Virus record (IMG/VR): IMGVR_UViG_3300028832_000009
DNA length: 20,000 nt
Origin: an uncultured virus (IMG/VR IMGVR_UViG_3300028832_000009)
Taxonomy: Duplodnaviria > Heunggongvirae > Uroviricota > Caudoviricetes
Strand: one strand, 5' to 3'
Both the position numbers and the translations under genes were made by a program. The notes under the pieces are model-generated. The model did no database searches, had not been told where the DNA came from, and saw only the letters and a program-made list of their open reading frames with translations. This document shows, in pieces, positions 16,054-20,000 of this stretch. Each line of letters starts with the position of its first letter. Position 1 is the first letter of the stretch.

Positions 16054-16464
16054 ATGCTCTGCATAGGTATCGACACGGGAGTGCATACGGGGTTCGCCGT
16101 ATGGGACACGGAGAGGAAGAGGCTCACGGAGCTGGCCACCCTGAAGATCCACATAGCGATGGAGCGGGTGCAGCGGCTCTCCGTCTCGGACGACATAGTA
16201 GTCTATTTCGAGGACGCGAGGCAGCGGACGTGGTTCGGCAGCGCCGGCAGGGAGCAGCTCCAGGGTGCGGGTTCCGTGAAGAGGGACTGCGGCATCTGGG
16301 ACGACTTCCTGAAGGACCTGGAGGTGGAGTATCACGCCATACCCCCGAGGCGCAACGCCACGAAGATGAACGCGGATTTCTTCGCGAAGGTGACCGGCTG
16401 GACCGGCAAGACCTCGGAGCACGCGAGGGATGCGGCGATGCTGGTGTTCAACAGGAAAGGATAG
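16054..16464 (+). CDS. RuvC-like (RNase H fold) Holliday junction resolvase (136 aa)
   Basis: IGIDTGVHTGFAVWD, VYFED, EHARDAAML: the acidic catalytic pattern of the RuvC family. Confidence 0.8.
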   Translation: MLCIGIDTGVHTGFAVWDTERKRLTELATLKIHIAMERVQRLSVSDDIVVYFEDARQRTWFGSAGREQLQGAGSVKRDCGIWDDFLKDLEVEYHAIPPRRNATKMNADFFAKVTGWTGKTSEHARDAAMLVFNRKG

Positions 16465-16487
16465 TCACAGTCAAAATCAGTTCAGTC

Positions 16488-17174
16488 ATGGCAAGCATAG
16501 AAGAAGAAAGGCGGCAGTCCCTGAAAGCCGCGGAGGACATAGCGAAGGGGCCCCTCTACGATCCGGAGGGGCTTCTGGGCCTGGGCGGGAATTTCAAGGG
16601 AGAGGGCGAGCCCTCCGCCGCGGACAAGCGCAGGCTGGCGCTGAAGGACATGGCCCGCCGCATAATGAAGGTGGAGAACAAGAAGGGCCTCGGGGGTAGG
16701 GGATGGGACCCGCTCCTGCAGAGATGGTATCCCCACGAATCCCATGAAGGGGGAGCGAAGACCATAGCCTACGGCATCAAGCTGTCCAACGGCGGTCCCT
16801 GGGCGGACACGGCGCTCCGGCAGGGATACCTCACGGACGAGCAGGCGGTGCAGGCGGTGGAGGACGAGGCTCCGAGGTACTACGACAATGCCCGGAGGAC
16901 CTTCGACAAGCGTTACGGCGATGGAGCCTGGGACGGCCTGGGGTTCAGGCAGCAGTCCATCCTCGCGGACTACGAGTACGGGGTGAGGGGCGGTCTCGCA
17001 TCCTTCCCCAAGCTGATGCAGGCGGCATACGAGGGCGACATAGACGCCATGCTCAGGGAGAGTCCCCGCTATGACGCGAAGAAACGCCCCCTGGGGAGGA
17101 ACAAGGTGCTGGCCGAGGACATAGAGTCACTGCGTCCTTCCGTCCCTTCCACGGCCCCGGAGAAGGGCGAATAG
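16488..17174 (+). CDS. T4-type (GH24-like) lysozyme/muramidase (228 aa)
   Basis: Likely start is ATG 16488, inside the track's 15261..17174 ORF. Motifs IMKVEN...WYPHESHEGGAKTIAYGIKL...LTDEQA...RQQSILADYEY...GLASFPKLMQAAYEGD...RN. Confidence 0.75.
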   Translation: MASIEEERRQSLKAAEDIAKGPLYDPEGLLGLGGNFKGEGEPSAADKRRLALKDMARRIMKVENKKGLGGRGWDPLLQRWYPHESHEGGAKTIAYGIKLSNGGPWADTALRQGYLTDEQAVQAVEDEAPRYYDNARRTFDKRYGDGAWDGLGFRQQSILADYEYGVRGGLASFPKLMQAAYEGDIDAMLRESPRYDAKKRPLGRNKVLAEDIESLRPSVPSTAPEKGE

Positions 17175-17495
17175 GCACAATCCCAAGGACAAGACGCACA
17201 GCAGCGCCGGATACCAGTCCGGATGCAGCCATTTCGCGCCCCTGCAGCCCCTTATGAGGGAGTAGGCGGGGATTCCCTCCGCATAGTACCCACGGGGCAG
17301 CCACAGGTCTCCGCAATCGGCATTAGAGGGGAAAACAGACGCAAGGGCAAACCTTATCGTTGGAAACGCCTCACAGGCGCAGAGAAACAGCAGGACGACG
17401 GATGCGCACAACCATAAGATGCGCTTATGCCTGACACGGCGGATGACGAGAAGGAGGGCCGTCAGCCCCAGTAGAAGCGGAACCAATCTGAACAT
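17127..17495 (-). CDS. Small membrane protein (122 aa, about 3 hydrophobic segments)
   Basis: Hydrophobic segments separated by a basic loop (IRRVRHKR). A promoter-like CATCTTTG lies 4 nt upstream of the ATG. Overlaps the lysozyme 3' end convergently by 48 nt. Confidence 0.6.
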   Translation of the reverse strand: MFRLVPLLLGLTALLLVIRRVRHKRILWLCASVVLLFLCACEAFPTIRFALASVFPSNADCGDLWLPRGYYAEGIPAYSLIRGCRGAKWLHPDWYPALLCVLSLGLCLFALLRGRGRDGRTQ

Positions 17496-17499
17496 ACCG

Positions 17500-17507
17500 C
17501 AAAGATG
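17500..17507 (-). promoter_or_regulatory. Near-consensus Bacteroidota -7 box (CATCTTTG)
   Basis: One mismatch to TAnnTTTG, immediately upstream of ATG 17495, with AT-rich sequence upstream. Confidence 0.5.
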
Positions 17508-17574
17508 CGAATTTCCGGGGAAAATTTGACGAAAATCGGGAAATATATTATTATCTATTCTCTGAAAGAATAAA

Positions 17575-18008
17575 CCCCTCTATGGTGAAGTCTCCGAGTA
17601 TAGAGAGCACAATAACCCCTAACCCGCCGAAACGGCGGATCAGGGAGTGCGCTCTCTCATCCAAGGTCCCTCTACGGAGCCAGTACCTCGCACGTCGAGC
17701 CTCGTTCGCCACTACGAATGGAACGAGTTATCCCGCCTTCAACCCTCGTATGGGCTAACAGCACCCGGCAGGAATTATACCCCAGGCTGGAGCTGCGCTG
17801 TCATTCTTCTGCTCCTTTCTACGGAAGGCCGAACGTAAGTTTCCCCGATAGGTCCTTCCTGATCCCCGACCGCTCTCTCATGCACAATAAAAAAAACGCC
17901 TGCAGTAGAGGTGGTGTTGTCTCGGGATGGGGCGATGCAGACGTTTCTATAGTGTCCCCTCACAGGGATAACTATCGTATGTTCACACCCCTTTCCCACC
18001 CAACACCA
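17575..18008 (-). ncRNA. Candidate long structured non-coding RNA or leader
   Basis: Follows promoter TACCTTTG (18019-18012). Contains many stems (see findings) and no credible ORF. Confidence 0.5.
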
Positions 18009-18011
18009 CTA

Positions 18012-18019
18012 CAAAGGTA
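18012..18019 (-). promoter_or_regulatory. Bacteroidota sigma-A -7 box TACCTTTG (leftward)
   Basis: Exact TAnnTTTG match with AT-rich upstream sequence. Confidence 0.7.
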
Positions 18020-18176
18020 TAAACATTTCCACGAAAATTTCACCACCCGTGAACAACTTGTGTCCCACAATGTCCCACTTACCCCACATAAACTCCTGAT
18101 ATACACACCCATACGCCACACAAAAAAATTTTGCACTCCAAACCGCCACCACGGCTCAACTTTCACATTTCTTTAC

Positions 18177-18184
18177 TACCTTTG
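18177..18184 (+). promoter_or_regulatory. Bacteroidota sigma-A -7 box TACCTTTG (rightward)
   Basis: Exact TAnnTTTG match, followed by a hairpin and a terminator. Confidence 0.7.
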
Positions 18185-18187
18185 TAT

Positions 18188-18335
18188 CGGCACCGGTTCT
18201 CTTTGGAATGCTTATCTACTTGGTTTTTAGTGCTCAGGGTTCTTTCTGTCTTGACAACACCGGTGCTGAGGTCTTTCATAACAAGAATCTACCCCTCCCC
18301 TCGGCTGCGACAGTCCAGGAGAGGGTTTCTTCTTT
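18188..18335 (+). ncRNA. Candidate small RNA (~150 nt)
   Basis: Bounded by a promoter and a terminator. Stem CGGCACCGGT (18188-18197)/ACCGGTGCTG (18259-18268) includes a G-U pair on this strand. Confidence 0.55.
18291..18335 (+). terminator. Intrinsic terminator
   Basis: ACCCCTCCCCTCGG-CTG-CGA-CAG-TCCAGGAGAGGGT followed by TTCTTCTTT. Confidence 0.6.
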
Positions 18336-18895
18336 AATGACCATCCTTATGGGACCCATACACTCTCCACACGCTACATACACCACATACACCCACTATT
18401 CACACCACACCACAGATCCATACCCAACCGCCACGCAAGAATCATTAAGCATTCTTTCCGGGGCCCCAGGAAACTATTTCGGGTTTTATCCATATTGAGC
18501 GATTGATACTATAAATGGGGGCAATATGGAGTTCCTTTTCAATCTTGCCCATACCCACGAAAACACACCCCAGAGCGCACACTTTTCTGCCGATGCTTGC
18601 TCAAATGCTTGCAAGGTTTCCCACAAATCCCCCTTGCAGATGCCTGCTATGCCCTTTTGCCCCTGCCTATTAGGAAAGTTCCGCACCTTTCGCCCTGCGG
18701 ATTTTGCCACCTCGGTACACGATATGCGCAAAATGGGGTGCGAGAGACCTTTTTGGGGGAGTCTTTCCACCCCCTTGAATATCAACGACTTACGCCCTAA
18801 AATGGCAGATGCCTGCGGAATGCTGCTTGAATTATTAAGGATGCTCGGGATAGTGTCAAGTTTTGACAAAAACAAATGGAGTAAAAACGCATTTT

Positions 18896-18922
18896 GTAAC
18901 ATACTGAATATCAGCACATTAC
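18896..18922. repeat. Imperfect palindrome GTAA-N5-TGA-ATA-TCA-N5-TTAC (related copies at 18768-18793 and 19057-19081)
   Basis: Read directly from the sequence; three copies with conserved spacing. Confidence 0.6.
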
Positions 18923-18998
18923 AAGCCCTCTAAAACAAAATGAGAGAAAAAGTCAAAAAAATTTGATTAAAAGTGTTACAACAAATCAAAATTATTTA

Positions 18999-19006
18999 TA
19001 CCTTTG
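18999..19006 (+). promoter_or_regulatory. Bacteroidota sigma-A -7 box TACCTTTG (rightward, putative early promoter)
   Basis: Exact match after a very AT-rich tract (18931-18998), followed by a structured leader. Confidence 0.75.
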
Positions 19007-19289
19007 CAGTAGCAAAGCCAATGGAAACGGCTTTCGGGCAGTTCCTTGACATACACTAACTCGCTGAAATGCAACGGATTAAGCTATGCCTTTGGGGTGG
19101 TATCCAAGGGGCAGAAACTGCAAGGCTTGTACTTGTGTGTCCATAGTGAAAAGGTGCGAAGATGCGAGATAGACAAGGCGATAATGATTGCGACAACTAA
19201 AAAGACGGATTTGCTCAATGCTTTACTCTTATGGTGCAGGGGGTTTGAATGTACGCCCTGCACTCCCAATTATTAACCCATTAAACACA

Positions 19290-20000
19290 TCTAAGCTCAA
19301 GTACGAAATGCAATTCTAGACATTCGCCTTGTTAAACATACAAATATAAAAAACTTTCGGGGGCCTTCCTTGTTTAAACATACATCATTCCATCCAGGCC
19401 GGTCAGTTTTCGGAACATCTCATCAGGACTCCTGAAACCGAAACGACGCCGCGGTCTACTGTTGAGCATGTTCTCAACATATTCCAAATAGTCATCGGTA
19501 ATGTGCTCGAAATCAGACCCCTTCGGAAGATACTGGCGTGCGAGTCCATTTGTGTTTTCATTCGAACCACGCTCCCAGGAATGATACGGATGAGCAAAGT
19601 AAAACCCAACACCAAGCTCCCGTGACACGACATCGTGGCGGGCAAACTGCAGTCCGTTGTCTGATGTGATGGTTTTCACAAGGCCCACCGCAGCAAGATC
19701 ATTCAGGATGTCGATAATCTCACCTGCAGCTTCCGCTGCCGTCGGCTTCTTCAATTTGCGCAACCAGTACTTGCCGGTGGCTCTGTCGTTCAATGTAAGA
19801 ATGTGTTGGGAAGACCTGGCTCCCACAATAGTATCTACCTCGAAATCCCCAAAACGCTTCCTGTGGTCGACTACCTTCGGCCTCTGGTCAATATCAACCC
19901 TGTTTTGAATTGCACCGCGGCGTTTTCGCTTGGATCCCCTTTTATGAAAACGACGACCTTTATGGCGCAAGTGCGTATACAAATCTCCACCATGCTTTTT
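19290..20000 (-). mobile_element. IS30-family insertion sequence (one end in window)
   Basis: Transposase plus candidate terminal IR CTAAGCTCAAGTACGAAATGCAA (19291-19313). Its TCAA-N5-AAATGCAA core resembles IS4351-type ends as I recall them. Lower GC than the phage genes. Confidence 0.85.
19374..20000 (-). CDS. IS30-family DDE transposase, C-terminal part (5' end outside the window)
   Basis: IDQRP...RKRFGDFEVDTIVG, TITSDNGLQF, FAHPYHSWERGSNENTNGLARQYLPKG, LNSRPRRRFGFRSP. Confidence 0.95.
   Translation of the reverse strand, partial: KKHGGDLYTHLRHKGRRFHKRGSKRKRRGAIQNRVDIDQRPKVVDHRKRFGDFEVDTIVGARSSQHILTLNDRATGKYWLRKLKKPTAAEAAGEIIDILNDLAAVGLVKTITSDNGLQFARHDVVSRELGVGFYFAHPYHSWERGSNENTNGLARQYLPKGSDFEHITDDYLEYVENMLNSRPRRRFGFRSPDEMFRKLTGLDGMMYV

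Noticed and set aside
16048..16056. Possible TAG recoding or read-through (all four plus-strand genes end in TAG; the tail gene TAG-GAT-ATG is in frame with the resolvase)
   Set aside because: No in-frame TAG interrupts the 3637-codon gene or any other gene, no suppressor tRNA is seen, and gene boundaries make sense with TAG as stop.
13111..16422. Minus-strand ORFs 13111-14463, 14638-15567 and 15583-16422
   Set aside because: Antisense shadows of the tail and resolvase genes.
15261..16487. 637-aa ORF extending the lysozyme upstream
   Set aside because: The upstream ~409 codons overlap the tail and resolvase genes and are R/G/H-rich noise. This frame lacks stops because T is rare at third positions. 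The protein-like part begins at ATG 16488.
19230..19268. tRNA-like hairpin
   Set aside because: A single stem only, with no cloverleaf, anticodon arm or canonical TTCGA loop.
17647..19276. ORFs in the control region (for example 17718-18230, 18486-18917, 18526-18933, 19046-19276)
   Set aside because: No coding-like codon bias or recognisable motifs; they run across promoters, stems and palindromes.
17500..19300. CRISPR array, retron or DGR template
   Set aside because: No regularly spaced repeats, no reverse transcriptase in the window, and no template/variable repeat pair seen.

Overview
Part of a Bacteroidales-type phage or prophage (about 60% GC in coding regions by eye, TAnnTTTG promoters, A-rich start contexts without Shine-Dalgarno), with a podovirus-like structural module. 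The left half is one giant minus-strand ORF that the ORF track misses because it runs off the window (10911 to <1, >3637 aa). It encodes a large polyvalent, probably ejected protein: hydrophobic/helical N-terminus, DdrB-like ParB domain, Strawberry-notch SF2 helicase and HEXXH zincin peptidase. Two smaller putative ejection genes precede it. A divergent plus-strand operon encodes an HTH protein, a 977-aa tail/stabilisation-type protein, a RuvC-like resolvase and a T4-type lysozyme. Next come a convergent membrane-protein gene, a ~1.8-kb non-coding control region (three consensus promoters, candidate structured RNAs, recombinase-like palindromes) and an IS30-family element. The most striking observation is two small genes nested out of frame, on the same strand, inside the giant gene (5825-5649 and 5213-4815). 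Each has its own ATG in an A-rich context and its own TAG. The G/C third-position codon bias switches to their frame, while the host frame reads through them as a Gly/Glu-rich linker. Family assignments come from motif recognition by eye; no database search was run.
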